Numbered from the stretch's first letter, positions 44,907 through 53,976 are shown. The stretch is DNA of 59,824 nt from Chitinophagaceae bacterium (GCA_035764525.1 DASTZB010000250.1:1-59824), one strand, 5' to 3'. The notes: generated by a model from the letters alone, not told the origin. Numbers and translations: made by a program.

Positions 44907-45713
44907 TTAATTTCTTACAGGATTATAAAACTTCAATGCCTGCGGCATATATGATCTGATATTTGCAATTCTTGTTTCATCAGAAGGGTGACTGCTTAAA
45001 AACTCTGGCGGCTTTGCTCCGCCGGCCGCAGCCATCCTTTCCCAAAATGGAATTGCTTCCTGTGGATTATACCCTGCCATAGCTGAAAAGTATAGTCCGA
45101 ATTTATCCGCTTCTGTTTCTTCTTTACGTGAAAAAGGTAATGTGCCTCCCACCGTGCTTCCAATGCCATAAGCCGTCATAAAAAGATTTTGTGTTTCGGC
45201 TGGCTTACTTGACACGGCTACCTGTAATGCAACACCACCTAATTGTTGTAATAACCCCTGGCTCATTCTTTCGCTTCCATGTTGTGCAACTGCGTGGGCA
45301 ATCTCATGTCCTAATACGACAGCCAATGCAGCTTCATTTCTTGTAATAGGTAATAAACCAGTATATACTACCACTTTTCCGCCGGGCATGCACCATGCGT
45401 TTACTTCTTTATTATCTACCAGGTTAAATGCCCACTGGTATCCTTCCAGGATCGACGTTTGTCCCTGACTATCATAATATGTTTTAATAGCAGCAGCAAT
45501 ACGAGATCCCACACGGCGAACCATTTCAGCATCTTTATTGGTATTTGCATTGACAACACTATTGGCAGTCAAAAAGGTTTGATATTCTACTTTCGCCATG
45601 GATTGTAATTCAGTCTCTGATACCAGGCTTAATTGTTTACGGCCTGTTACCATGTTTTCTGTACAACTGATAAAAACAAAAACAACTAAAAGGAAAGTAA
45701 ATAATTTTTTCAT
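44907..45713 (-). CDS. M48-family zinc metallopeptidase (lipoprotein)
   Basis: 268 aa ORF with a lipobox (FISC). The zinc motif is VVLGHEIAHAVAQH, with a downstream E..AD. The layout resembles the LoiP/YcaL class. Confidence 0.85.
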   Translation of the reverse strand: MKKLFTFLLVVFVFISCTENMVTGRKQLSLVSETELQSMAKVEYQTFLTANSVVNANTNKDAEMVRRVGSRIAAAIKTYYDSQGQTSILEGYQWAFNLVDNKEVNAWCMPGGKVVVYTGLLPITRNEAALAVVLGHEIAHAVAQHGSERMSQGLLQQLGGVALQVAVSSKPAETQNLFMTAYGIGSTVGGTLPFSRKEETEADKFGLYFSAMAGYNPQEAIPFWERMAAAGGAKPPEFLSSHPSDETRIANIRSYMPQALKFYNPVRN

Positions 45714-45842
45714 TTCTAAAATTTGATTTTATAAGAAGGATGAAGTTGTCGCGAAAGCCGTTGAAGAAATACGGAAGTAATAACTATATCAACTTATATT
45801 AAATTAAGCGAGAAACGAAGATGATTCTCTTTGTGCAGAAGA

Positions 45843-45880
45843 GTGTTATACAATTAAAAAGAATAGTTGCAAGATTCACA
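45843..45880 (-). promoter_or_regulatory. Shared 38-bp promoter motif, copy i (upstream of the M48 peptidase gene)
   Basis: In gene orientation the sequence is TGTGAATCTTGCAACTATTCTTTTTAATTGTATAACAC. The motif ends 129 nt before the ATG at 45713. It is divergent from copy a, which lies 40 bp away. Confidence 0.55.
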
Positions 45881-45920
45881 GGTTTAAATAAGTATGAAAA
45901 GAACCGTAATCCCTGGAATA

Positions 45921-45958
45921 TGTGAATTGTGTAACTTATTTGCAAAACCCTGTAACAC
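45921..45958 (+). promoter_or_regulatory. Shared 38-bp promoter motif, copy a (upstream of the 97-aa membrane protein gene)
   Basis: Sequence: TGTGAATTGTGTAACTTATTTGCAAAACCCTGTAACAC. A TTTTG lies about 25 nt downstream at 45981-45985. The ATG is at 46064. Confidence 0.55.
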
Positions 45959-46063
45959 TCCTACACAGAAAGCACCTCAATTTTGTGCCATTAATAAGAA
46001 AACTCTTCATAAAAGTTGAAAAGTTAGACGACCAGGAGAAAGTCAACTTTTAAAAACCAAACA

Positions 46064-46357
46064 ATGAGTATAAAAAAAACTCTAAGGATTGGATCGCTCG
46101 TTTTGTTCATGGCGATCACTTTGCCAGCTAATTCTTCTTTAATTGCCCCTGACGCTAACTCAAGAGCTCAACAACTGGAGCAAAGACTAGAAGAAATCAA
46201 GAATCTTGATAAATCTAAAATAACAAGACTTGAAAAGAAAAATCTACGGAAAGAAGTAAAAGGAATTAAAAAAGAGTCTAAAGAGCTAAGCGGTGGAGTT
46301 TATCTTTCTGTTGCAGCTATCATCATCATTATTTTATTACTGATTTTGCTTTTATAA
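46064..46357 (+). CDS. Hypothetical small membrane protein (signal/anchor, coiled-coil, C-terminal TM)
   Basis: 97 aa ORF. It has an N-terminal hydrophobic segment (LVLFMAITLPA) and a charged helical middle (QLEQRLEEIKNLDKSKITRLEKKNLRKEVKGIKKE). The C-terminal TM segment is YLSVAAIIIIILLLILLL. Confidence 0.5.
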   Translation: MSIKKTLRIGSLVLFMAITLPANSSLIAPDANSRAQQLEQRLEEIKNLDKSKITRLEKKNLRKEVKGIKKESKELSGGVYLSVAAIIIIILLLILLL

Positions 46358-46500
46358 GATAAGTTGTAAAAACATTTAACCTGTCTTTCTGATAGTCAGC
46401 ATTTGAAAGCAACGATTCAGCTCCTTATGAAGCAAACATTACCTATGTAAATTAGAGCTCCGAATACCCGATTAAACGTTAGTCCTTTCCCTTGAGCTAT

Positions 46501-46535
46501 GACCACCTTGGTAAAAACGGGGTGGTTTCTTTTTT
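46501..46535 (+). terminator. Candidate rho-independent terminator
   Basis: Sequence: gaccacc-ttggtaaaaacgg-ggtggtt followed by tcttttttat. The loop is long, so confidence is moderate. Confidence 0.45.
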
Positions 46536-46598
46536 ATCTGCACTCAACTTTTAATTTGCCGTCGGTACTAGTCTTAACATCCATTTTATGCTATCATA

Positions 46599-46636
46599 TA
46601 TGAATGATGTAATTTATTTCAATGATTGTATAACAA
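46599..46636 (+). promoter_or_regulatory. Shared 38-bp promoter motif, copy b (in the 725-nt gene-poor gap)
   Basis: Sequence: TATGAATGATGTAATTTATTTCAATGATTGTATAACAA. Only small ORFs follow it. Confidence 0.5.
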
Positions 46637-46649
46637 TTATACTTAACAG

Positions 46650-46865
46650 GTGACAGACCTTTACCTAGATCTTTTAAAAAATCATTATTACTCCTCTTCT
46701 TCCTATTTTAATTGCTTTGGGTGTGGTTGGCGTAATTCTTGGCTTATTAACAACTACATTCCTATGGAACATAAAATTAAAGACATCTTAGATGTAGTTG
46801 CCGTGATTGTTGGTACTGCTGCAGGTATTTGGGGTATTAGTTCCCTGAAAAATCATTGTGTTTAA
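46650..46865 (+). CDS. Doubtful small ORF; if real, more likely the 33-aa peptide starting at ATG 46764 (MEHKIKDILDVVAVIVGTAAGIWGISSLKNHCV)
   Basis: The track ORF starts at a GTG only 14 nt after motif copy b, which would leave no room for a promoter or 5' UTR. The internal ATG yields a short peptide with one hydrophobic helix. No homology is recognised. Confidence 0.25.
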   Translation: MTDLYLDLLKNHYYSSSSYFNCFGCGWRNSWLINNYIPMEHKIKDILDVVAVIVGTAAGIWGISSLKNHCV

Positions 46866-47083
46866 AAATGAACGCTTTGTTTTTAAAAAAATTTCAATTT
46901 AAAATGCAATTCCTGCGCAGAAAATTGAAGATCATTTGTTGATTAAATTCAAAAAATATGAAACGATTTACTTTTCCTGGCTTTGTTATCGCACTGGTTT
47001 TTTCAGTTCTGTTTCTCATTGCATCATTTATCCTTCTTTTCCGTGATCCCGGTTAAGTATAGAAACCTTTAAAAAAATAAAAA

Positions 47084-47842
47084 TTGGTTATCAATTTAAA
47101 AAATGGTTTTGCAGAAGCAGGTAATGCTACATTATTTGTTGCGCGGTTTTTTAGAGAAGCTATTAAACCTCCTTATGAAATAAAAGAATTCTTAAGGCAA
47201 TGCTATATTATAGGATATAAATCCATGCCGTTAGTGGCAATTACTGGTTTTATCATGGGATTGGTATTAACCATTCAGTCACGTCCTACATTGGCAGAGT
47301 TTGGCGCAGAATCCTGGTTGCCAGGTATGGTGGCACTTTCATTGATACGTGAAATTGCTCCAGTGATCACAGCATTAATCTGTGCCGGAAAAATTTCTTC
47401 GGGCATTGGCGCAGAATTAGGTTCTATGAAAGTAACCGAGCAAATAGATGCGATGGAAGTATCTGCTATAAACCCTTATAAATATTTGGTAGTCACAAGA
47501 GTGCTGGCTACCACACTGATGGTGCCGCTGTTAGTTGTGTTTGCGGATGGAATTGGAATTTTAGGCGGTTATGCTGGGATTAATATTCATAGTGATGTTA
47601 CCATGTATCGCTACTTTTCACAGGTGTTATCCTCACTTGAGTTTTTGGATATTGTACCGGCTACCATTAAAACTTTTTTCTTTGGATTTTTCATTGGTTT
47701 GATTGGTTGTTACAAAGGATTTACCGCAGCCAATGGCACGGAAAGTGTTGGCAAGGCTGCTAACTCTGCGGTAGTAACCGCATCCCTTGCAATATTTATT
47801 ATAGATATGATGGCTGTACAATTAACTGACCTTTTTTTCTGA
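47084..47842 (+). CDS. mlaE: MlaE-family ABC transporter permease
   Basis: 252 aa ORF that is polytopic. Typical MlaE/YrbE segments are present: LIREIAPVITALICAGKISSGIGAELGSMKVTEQIDAMEVSAINPYKYLVVTRVLA. The start codon is TTG. Confidence 0.85.
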   Translation: MVINLKNGFAEAGNATLFVARFFREAIKPPYEIKEFLRQCYIIGYKSMPLVAITGFIMGLVLTIQSRPTLAEFGAESWLPGMVALSLIREIAPVITALICAGKISSGIGAELGSMKVTEQIDAMEVSAINPYKYLVVTRVLATTLMVPLLVVFADGIGILGGYAGINIHSDVTMYRYFSQVLSSLEFLDIVPATIKTFFFGFFIGLIGCYKGFTAANGTESVGKAANSAVVTASLAIFIIDMMAVQLTDLFF

Positions 47843-47849
47843 AATAAAA

Positions 47850-48653
47850 ATGATACAAGTAGAAACAAATACAATAAAACAATCGGTAACTGATCACCCG
47901 GGTTTTGAAATAAATAACAAACCCGGACCTGTGATAAATATAAAAGGACTGTATAAATCATTCGGAAAAAATACAGCTATATTAAAAGGGGTAGATCTTA
48001 TTGTAAAAAAAGGTGAGAACCTGGTAGTGTTAGGAAAGTCGGGTTCAGGTAAATCAGTATTAATAAAATGCCTTGTTGGTTTAGTTGCTGCCGATATGGG
48101 CGAATTAAAAGTGTTTGACACAGACATCACTAAACTGAATAACCAACAACTGAATGCAATAAGGATCAGGATCGGTTTTCTTTTTCAAAATTCAGCGTTG
48201 TATGATTCTATGACGGTGAGAGAAAATCTTTCATTTCCTTTAAAACGACATTCAAAAAAATTAACGAACAAAGAAGTTGAGCATTCGGTAAATGAAGCAT
48301 TGGAAAGTGTTGGGCTAAAACAAGCAATTGATAAAATGCCTTCCGAGTTATCGGGTGGTATGCGCAAAAGGATCGGGCTGGCACGTACACTTATATTACG
48401 TCCTGAGATCATCCTTTATGACGAACCAACAACGGGTCTGGATACAATCACTTCAAGGGAAATAAGTGAATTGATATTGCACATTCAAAAAAAATATAAA
48501 ACAACCTCGATCATCATTACTCATGATATGGCTTGTGCAAAACTTACCGGTGACAGGTTGGTGATTTTAAAAGATGGAGTGATGGTGGCAGAAGGCAAGT
48601 ATGAAACATTGGAAAATAGCGATGATGCATGGGTGCGTTCATTTTTTATTTGA
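47850..48653 (+). CDS. mlaF: ABC transporter ATP-binding protein (MlaF-like)
   Basis: 267 aa ORF. Walker A is GKSGSGKS, the signature motif is LSGGMRKR, Walker B is ILYDEPTTGLD, and the H-loop is ITHD. Confidence 0.88.
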   Translation: MIQVETNTIKQSVTDHPGFEINNKPGPVINIKGLYKSFGKNTAILKGVDLIVKKGENLVVLGKSGSGKSVLIKCLVGLVAADMGELKVFDTDITKLNNQQLNAIRIRIGFLFQNSALYDSMTVRENLSFPLKRHSKKLTNKEVEHSVNEALESVGLKQAIDKMPSELSGGMRKRIGLARTLILRPEIILYDEPTTGLDTITSREISELILHIQKKYKTTSIIITHDMACAKLTGDRLVILKDGVMVAEGKYETLENSDDAWVRSFFI

Positions 48654-48674
48654 TCATTTATAAAAAAATAAGTT

Positions 48675-49562
48675 ATGCGTAAAGAATCTGGAGGAGCATG
48701 GAAATTGGGAATTTTTGTAGTACTGGGATTAGTGCTATTTCTTTCGACCATTTATTTTGTTGGCAAGCAAAAAAATATATTTGGAAATACTTTTCACTTA
48801 AAAGCACAGTTCAAAACAGTAAGTGGCTTAAAAGTGGGAAACAATGTTCGCTTTTCGGGTATCAATATTGGCAATGTAAATGAAGTGGAATTATTAACGG
48901 ATACCTCTGTAATGGTGGACCTTGTGATCCGGAAGAAATACCAGGAGTTTATTAAAAAAGATGCAAGGGCCAGCATTGGTTCCGATGGACTGATGGGCGA
49001 CAAAGTATTAACCATTTCTCCCGGTACATCCGATAAAAGCCCGGTAAACAACGGAGATATTATCCTCACAAAAAATGCGATTGAAATGGAGGATGTAATG
49101 CTGAGCGCAAAAACCAGTGTAGATAACGCTGGCATTATTACAGCACAGCTTGCAGAATTTACCACTAAGATGAATACGGGAAATGGCGCCCTCTCAAAAC
49201 TGATCAGTGATGAAAAATTCTCTAATAGTCTGCAAAGTACACTTGTCAATCTTCAGACAGCATCTAACGAATTTGCCATGTTTACAGCCAAAATTAATAG
49301 TGGAGGATTGAGTGAATCACTTGACACGACCATGCGTAATATACAGGGAGCCACTAAAGGGCTCAACGAAAATATGGAAGCAGCAAAAAGTAATTTTTTA
49401 TTAAAAGGTTTTTTTAATAAAAAGAAAAAATCCGATGCTAAGAAAGCGGCCGAATTAAAAAAGGAGGAAGACAAAAGGAAAAAACAGCAAATTAAAAATG
49501 AGGCTGATTCAATAAAAACTGCTACGCTACTAATTCCGGTAAAAAAGATCCCAGGCGATTGA
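48675..49562 (+). CDS. mlaD: MlaD/MCE-domain protein
   Basis: 295 aa ORF with an N-terminal TM helix (LGIFVVLGLVLFLSTIYFV). The MCE domain reads FKTVSGLKVGNNVRFSGINIGNVNEVEL. A helical, Lys-rich tail follows. Confidence 0.82.
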   Translation: MRKESGGAWKLGIFVVLGLVLFLSTIYFVGKQKNIFGNTFHLKAQFKTVSGLKVGNNVRFSGINIGNVNEVELLTDTSVMVDLVIRKKYQEFIKKDARASIGSDGLMGDKVLTISPGTSDKSPVNNGDIILTKNAIEMEDVMLSAKTSVDNAGIITAQLAEFTTKMNTGNGALSKLISDEKFSNSLQSTLVNLQTASNEFAMFTAKINSGGLSESLDTTMRNIQGATKGLNENMEAAKSNFLLKGFFNKKKKSDAKKAAELKKEEDKRKKQQIKNEADSIKTATLLIPVKKIPGD

Positions 49563-49647
49563 GATCAATGATCTTATATTAATTGATCACCAGGTAAAAG
49601 CCTGTTCGAAATCCCTTACACATTGGGAAATCTATTCCCCATAAATG

Positions 49648-49685
49648 TGTGAATCATGTAATTTATTTTAAAAACTGTGTAACAC
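49648..49685 (+). promoter_or_regulatory. Shared 38-bp promoter motif, copy c (upstream of the alpha/beta hydrolase gene)
   Basis: Sequence: TGTGAATCATGTAATTTATTTTAAAAACTGTGTAACAC. A CTTTG lies at 49708-49712. The ATG is at 49751. Confidence 0.55.
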
Positions 49686-49750
49686 TTCTGCCTGAAAGAG
49701 TATTCAACTTTGAGTGATATTAAATCAATCATTACTCAATTAACAAAATC

Positions 49751-50611
49751 ATGCGCCTTATTGGTAATAATATCAACATAACTATCAATAATCTTACGGT
49801 CAGTTACAGTGACCACGGACCCGATGATGCTCCTGTTATTATCTTCATTCATGGGTTTCCGTTAAATAGATCTATGTGGGACATGCAGGTAGAAGCGCTA
49901 AAGGACAATTACAGAGTGATAGCATATGATATCCGCGGGCATGGAAACTCTGAAGCGGGTATTGATGAATTCTTTATTGACCTTTTTGTTAACGACCTTC
50001 TGCGGTTCATGAAAAAATTAAGGATTGAAAAATCAATTTTATGTGGCTTATCCATGGGCGGATACATTGCATTAAATGCAGTTTTAAGATATCCCGATCG
50101 TTTTGACGGCCTTATTTTAAATGATACACAATGTATAGCTGATACACCCGAAATAAAAGAAAACCGGTGCCAGGCAATTATCCGTATTATGAAAAATGGA
50201 GTGGAAGAGTATGCTGATGAAATTATAAATAATCTTTTTGCACCAGAATCTTTCACAAATAAGAAAAGTGCAATTTTCGCAGTAAAGAAGATGATCATAG
50301 GTACTACGAAACAATCTCTCTGTAATGCCCTGCATGCTTTGGCGGAACGCAAGGAGACCTGCGACCATCTACCGGAAATAAATATTCCTGTGCTTATCAT
50401 GGTTGGTAAAGAAGATAAAATAACGCCAATTGCCGCCGCGCAGCTAATGCATGAAAGGATATTGAATTCGAAATTGGAAATTATTCAACATGCAGGTCAT
50501 CTAAGCAACCTCGAGAATCCAACCGCATTCAATACTCATTTGGTGACTTTTTTAGAGATCGTCGGCAAAAAACCGTTTTTAATTAAGCGGTACAGATGGG
50601 AATTAAATTAA
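49751..50611 (+). CDS. Alpha/beta-fold hydrolase
   Basis: 286 aa ORF. The oxyanion region is VIIFIHGFPLN, the nucleophile elbow is GLSMGG, and the C-terminal His region is IQHAGHLSNLENP. Confidence 0.85.
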   Translation: MRLIGNNINITINNLTVSYSDHGPDDAPVIIFIHGFPLNRSMWDMQVEALKDNYRVIAYDIRGHGNSEAGIDEFFIDLFVNDLLRFMKKLRIEKSILCGLSMGGYIALNAVLRYPDRFDGLILNDTQCIADTPEIKENRCQAIIRIMKNGVEEYADEIINNLFAPESFTNKKSAIFAVKKMIIGTTKQSLCNALHALAERKETCDHLPEINIPVLIMVGKEDKITPIAAAQLMHERILNSKLEIIQHAGHLSNLENPTAFNTHLVTFLEIVGKKPFLIKRYRWELN

Positions 50612-50700
50612 TGACTACATATTTTCATCTGGGTGGCAATAGCAGTTTTTAGTGGAACGCCGCACTTAATCTGCACTAATTCTCCTGGATTCATTTAATG

Positions 50701-50738
50701 TGTGAATTGTGTAACTTATTTGAAGGATTATATAACAT
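50701..50738 (+). promoter_or_regulatory. Shared 38-bp promoter motif, copy d (upstream of the second AraC paralogue, hybrid kinase and response regulator)
   Basis: Sequence: TGTGAATTGTGTAACTTATTTGAAGGATTATATAACAT. The stretch atgtgaattgtgtaacttatttg (23 nt, beginning 2 nt upstream of the motif) is identical to the corresponding stretch at copy a. The motif ends 56 nt before the TTG start at 50795. Confidence 0.55.
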
Positions 50739-50794
50739 CTCCCGAGGCAAAATGACTCATCTTTAGCGGTACCCGGTATAAAAAGAGGAGCTAT

Positions 50795-51421
50795 TTGAAA
50801 ATATTCATTAAACACATGGTAAGCAACCGCTGTAAGATGGCGGTGAAAGAAGAGCTGAGAAAGCTTGGGCTTCATTTTATAGTCGTCGATTTAGGTGAGG
50901 TAGAGATCATGGAAAATATTTCTGCGGAACAACGTGAGCAAATGAAAGCCGCATTGTTGATTTCAGGATTTGAGTTAATGGACGACAAAAAAGCTATACT
51001 GATTGAAAAAATTAAAACTGCCGTTATTGAAATGGTTCATCATTCAGATGAAAACATTAAAATAAATTTCTCTGATTACCTGAGTGAAAAATTAAGTCAT
51101 AATTATACGTACCTGGCAAATTTGTTTTCCGAAGTACAGGGAACCTCGATCGAGCATTTCATCATTGCACACAAAATTGAGCGGATAAAAGAATTGATCA
51201 TTTATGATGAGTTGAACATTACGGAAATTGCGTGGAAGTTAAATTACAGCAGCGTTGCCCATTTATCCAATCAATTTAAGAAAGTTACTGGTCTCACTCC
51301 TTCTCATTTTAGACAACTGAAAGATAAAAGACGAAGCTCGATTGAAGACATCGGGATCCCGATCCCTTCCGGGGCAAATGGCATTGACAAAACCAAATTG
51401 ACCATTACAAAAAAACTTTAA
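50795..51421 (+). CDS. AraC-family transcriptional regulator with an HMA-like N-terminal domain (paralogue of 41972..42532)
   Basis: 208 aa ORF. It is collinear with the other paralogue (MKIFIKHMVSNRCKMAVKEELRKLGL...NYTYLANLFSEVQGTSIEHFIIAHKIERIKEL...YSSVAHLSNQFKKVTGLTPSHFRQL). The start codon is TTG. The first Cys of the C..C pair is replaced by Ser. Confidence 0.85.
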   Translation: MKIFIKHMVSNRCKMAVKEELRKLGLHFIVVDLGEVEIMENISAEQREQMKAALLISGFELMDDKKAILIEKIKTAVIEMVHHSDENIKINFSDYLSEKLSHNYTYLANLFSEVQGTSIEHFIIAHKIERIKELIIYDELNITEIAWKLNYSSVAHLSNQFKKVTGLTPSHFRQLKDKRRSSIEDIGIPIPSGANGIDKTKLTITKKL

Positions 51422-51431
51422 AACAAATAAA

Positions 51432-53435
51432 GTGGAAACCTCGAAAACACAGAAATCACAATATGCCAGGAGTTTGATAGAAGCAAGCCTGGATCCGCTG
51501 GTAACTGTCAGTACTGAAGGTAAGATCACTGACATGAATGAAGCGATGGCGAGTATTACAGGTATGACCCGCGAAAAACTTACCGGCACCGATTTCTTCG
51601 ATTACTTTACTGAACCACAAAAGGCCCGTGAAGTTTACCAGGAAGTATTTGCAAAAGGATTTGTAGCAGACTACCCTTTAACGATAAAAGATCATAAACA
51701 AACAGATGTGCTATTTAACGGCTCCGTTTATAAAGATGAGCAGGGAAGTGTACTGGGTGCAGTGGTAGTGGCAAGAGATATTACTGAACAAAAAAAGAAT
51801 GAAAAAGAATTAATAGAAGCAAAAGTGTTTGCTGAGCTGGCAACATTAATCGCTGAAGAAGCAAAAGGAAAAGCCGAAACCGCTACAGGGATAGCAGAAG
51901 ATGCTGTGAAAGCAAAACAGCAGTTTTTGTCAAACATGAGTCATGAGATCCGCACACCCATGAATGCGATTATCGGGTTTACAAAAGTGTTATTGAAAAC
52001 TGAGTTGACTGCAAAGCAAAAAGAATATCTGACTGCCATAAAATTGAGTGGCGATGCATTAATTGTGTTGATCAATGATATACTCGACCTCGCAAAAGTA
52101 GATGCAGGAAAAATGACATTTGAAGAAACACCGTTTAAAATGGCATTATCCATATCGGCCATGCTTCATATGTTTGAACCAAAGATCCAGGAAAAGAATT
52201 TAGAACTGGTAAAAGAGTATGACAACAGTATCCCTGAAGTATTGCTGGGCGACCCGGTACGTTTACACCAGATCATCTTAAATCTTGTAAGTAATGCAGT
52301 AAAGTTTACAGCAAAAGGAAAAATTACGGTAAGCGTTAATTTAATTCATGAAGATGAACAGAAAGTTACGATCGAATTTGCAGTGACCGATACTGGGATT
52401 GGAATACCAGCAGATAAAATAGAAAAGATCTTTGAAAATTTTCAGCAGGCATCCAGCCGAACATCAAGATTGTATGGAGGAACGGGATTAGGCCTTTCAA
52501 TTGTTAAACAATTAATAGAGCCGCAGGGTGGAAGCATTACTGTAAAAAGTAAAATTGATGAGGGCTCCGTTTTCAGCTTCATTTTAAATTTTCAAAAAAC
52601 AAATGCTGAAGTTGAAGCAGAAGCAGAAATACTTGAGCTGGATACAGAAATTAAAAATATTAAAGTATTGGTGGTTGAAGATATTGCCCTTAACCAGCTA
52701 CTGATGAAAACATTGTTGGATGATTTTGGATTTGAACAGGATATTGCTGCCAATGGAAAAATAGCGATCGAAAAGCTAACGTCTAAATCATATGATATTG
52801 TCCTGATGGATCTGCAGATGCCGGAAATGAATGGATTTGAGACGACTGAGTTCATCCGCAAAACCATGAATTCTAAAATCCCCATTATTGCTTTAACGGC
52901 GGATGTAACCACGGCTGACCTGGCAAAATGCAAAGCGGTTGGTATGAATGATTACATCGCAAAGCCAGTTGATGAAAGAATTTTGTATAGTAAAATAATC
53001 GGGTTAGTAAGAAAACCTGCGCTGATAAAATATAGTGAAGATAAAAGGAATGAAAACGGTCAATGCGAAAGAATAAAATGTACTGACCTCGCTTACCTGG
53101 TCCGCCGTACCAAATCTGATCCGAAACTGATGATGGAAATGATCTCACTTTACCTGGAGCAAACCCCACCCCTGATCACTATAATGAAAAAGGCCTTCAG
53201 GGATAAAGACTGGGGTTCATTGCATGCAGCTGTACATAAAATGATCCCTTCCTTTTCAATAATGGGTATCAGTACAGATTTCGAAAATATGGCAAAAAAA
53301 ATTCAGGACTATGCAAGCACACAACAATTGGCAGATGGAATACCTGACATGGTTTTACAACTTGAAAATATCTGTGCACAGGCATGTAAAGAATTGGCAG
53401 AAGAATTTAATTCGATCAAAAACGCTGGCTCATGA
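51432..53435 (+). CDS. Hybrid sensor histidine kinase (PAS, HisKA, HATPase, REC, HPt)
   Basis: 667 aa ORF. The PAS domain reads SLIEASLDPLVTVSTEGKITDMNEAMASITG. The H-box is FLSNMSHEIRTPMNAI. HATPase boxes are NLVSNAVKFT, DTGIGIP and GGTGLGLSI. The receiver reads VLVVEDIALNQ...DIVLMDLQMPEMNG...ALTA. The HPt-like tail reads LHAAVHKMIPSFSIMG. The start codon is GTG. Confidence 0.9.
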   Translation: METSKTQKSQYARSLIEASLDPLVTVSTEGKITDMNEAMASITGMTREKLTGTDFFDYFTEPQKAREVYQEVFAKGFVADYPLTIKDHKQTDVLFNGSVYKDEQGSVLGAVVVARDITEQKKNEKELIEAKVFAELATLIAEEAKGKAETATGIAEDAVKAKQQFLSNMSHEIRTPMNAIIGFTKVLLKTELTAKQKEYLTAIKLSGDALIVLINDILDLAKVDAGKMTFEETPFKMALSISAMLHMFEPKIQEKNLELVKEYDNSIPEVLLGDPVRLHQIILNLVSNAVKFTAKGKITVSVNLIHEDEQKVTIEFAVTDTGIGIPADKIEKIFENFQQASSRTSRLYGGTGLGLSIVKQLIEPQGGSITVKSKIDEGSVFSFILNFQKTNAEVEAEAEILELDTEIKNIKVLVVEDIALNQLLMKTLLDDFGFEQDIAANGKIAIEKLTSKSYDIVLMDLQMPEMNGFETTEFIRKTMNSKIPIIALTADVTTADLAKCKAVGMNDYIAKPVDERILYSKIIGLVRKPALIKYSEDKRNENGQCERIKCTDLAYLVRRTKSDPKLMMEMISLYLEQTPPLITIMKKAFRDKDWGSLHAAVHKMIPSFSIMGISTDFENMAKKIQDYASTQQLADGIPDMVLQLENICAQACKELAEEFNSIKNAGS

Positions 53436-53866
53436 AAAAAGAAAACAAAATGCACCTGTTCCTCGTTGATGATGATGCTTTATTTCTGAAATCCCTGGAA
53501 ATTGAATTTCATCATCATACGGACTTCACTGTTGAAACCTTTGCGACAGGTGAACTTTGCATTGAAAATTTATCGCACAACCCTGATGTAATTATTTTAG
53601 ATTATCATTTGAATGGCATAGATAAAAACGCAATGAATGGTATAGAAACCCTGGATAAAATAAAAGCATTAAAACCGGATATCCCTATTGTAATGTTATC
53701 CTCACAGGACAAAATAGATGTGGCGATCAGTTGCATGCATCACCGTGCTTTTGATTATGTAGTGAAAAGCGAAACGGCTTTCCTTCGTTTGCAAAAAAAT
53801 ATTACTGCCTTTTTTCATTACGAAAAAATAGAAAAAGAATTGAACTGGTATATGGCGAGAATGTAG
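53432..53866 (+). CDS. Single-domain response regulator (REC only)
   Basis: 144 aa ORF. Motifs: LFLVDDD, VIILDYHL (phospho-acceptor Asp context), IVMLSS and FDYVVK. Its ATG overlaps the kinase stop (ATGA). Confidence 0.85.
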   Translation: MKKENKMHLFLVDDDALFLKSLEIEFHHHTDFTVETFATGELCIENLSHNPDVIILDYHLNGIDKNAMNGIETLDKIKALKPDIPIVMLSSQDKIDVAISCMHHRAFDYVVKSETAFLRLQKNITAFFHYEKIEKELNWYMARM

Positions 53867-53884
53867 TCATGATATTTCCAGGAA

Positions 53885-53922
53885 TGTAAATGATGCAACT
53901 CGCACCAGCTCCCCGGGGCAAA
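53885..53922 (+). promoter_or_regulatory. Partial or weak copy (f) of the shared motif
   Basis: Sequence: TGTAAATGATGCAACTCGCACCAGCTCCCCGGGGCAAA. The first two boxes match, but the third box (TRTAACA) is absent. It lies upstream of the lipoprotein gene at 53977. Confidence 0.25.
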
Positions 53923-53976
53923 TGAATCATTCCTTATTTCGAAAATTCTCTTAACAAACAAAATAAAAATTGAAAA

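Noticed and set aside
48794-49249. A 151-aa minus-strand ORF inside mlaD, and a 163-aa minus-strand ORF (49909..50400) inside the hydrolase gene.
   Set aside because: Both are nested antisense to genes with clear family motifs (the MCE domain, and the GLSMGG hydrolase). Their composition is low-complexity and Ser/Phe-rich, as is typical of shadow ORFs in AT-rich DNA.
49590-49620. The sequence gcctgttcgaaatccc, which resembles a tRNA T-loop (GTTCGAAT).
   Set aside because: The flanks cannot form a T-stem or an acceptor stem, and no cloverleaf can be drawn. I saw no credible tRNA or rRNA anywhere in the window.
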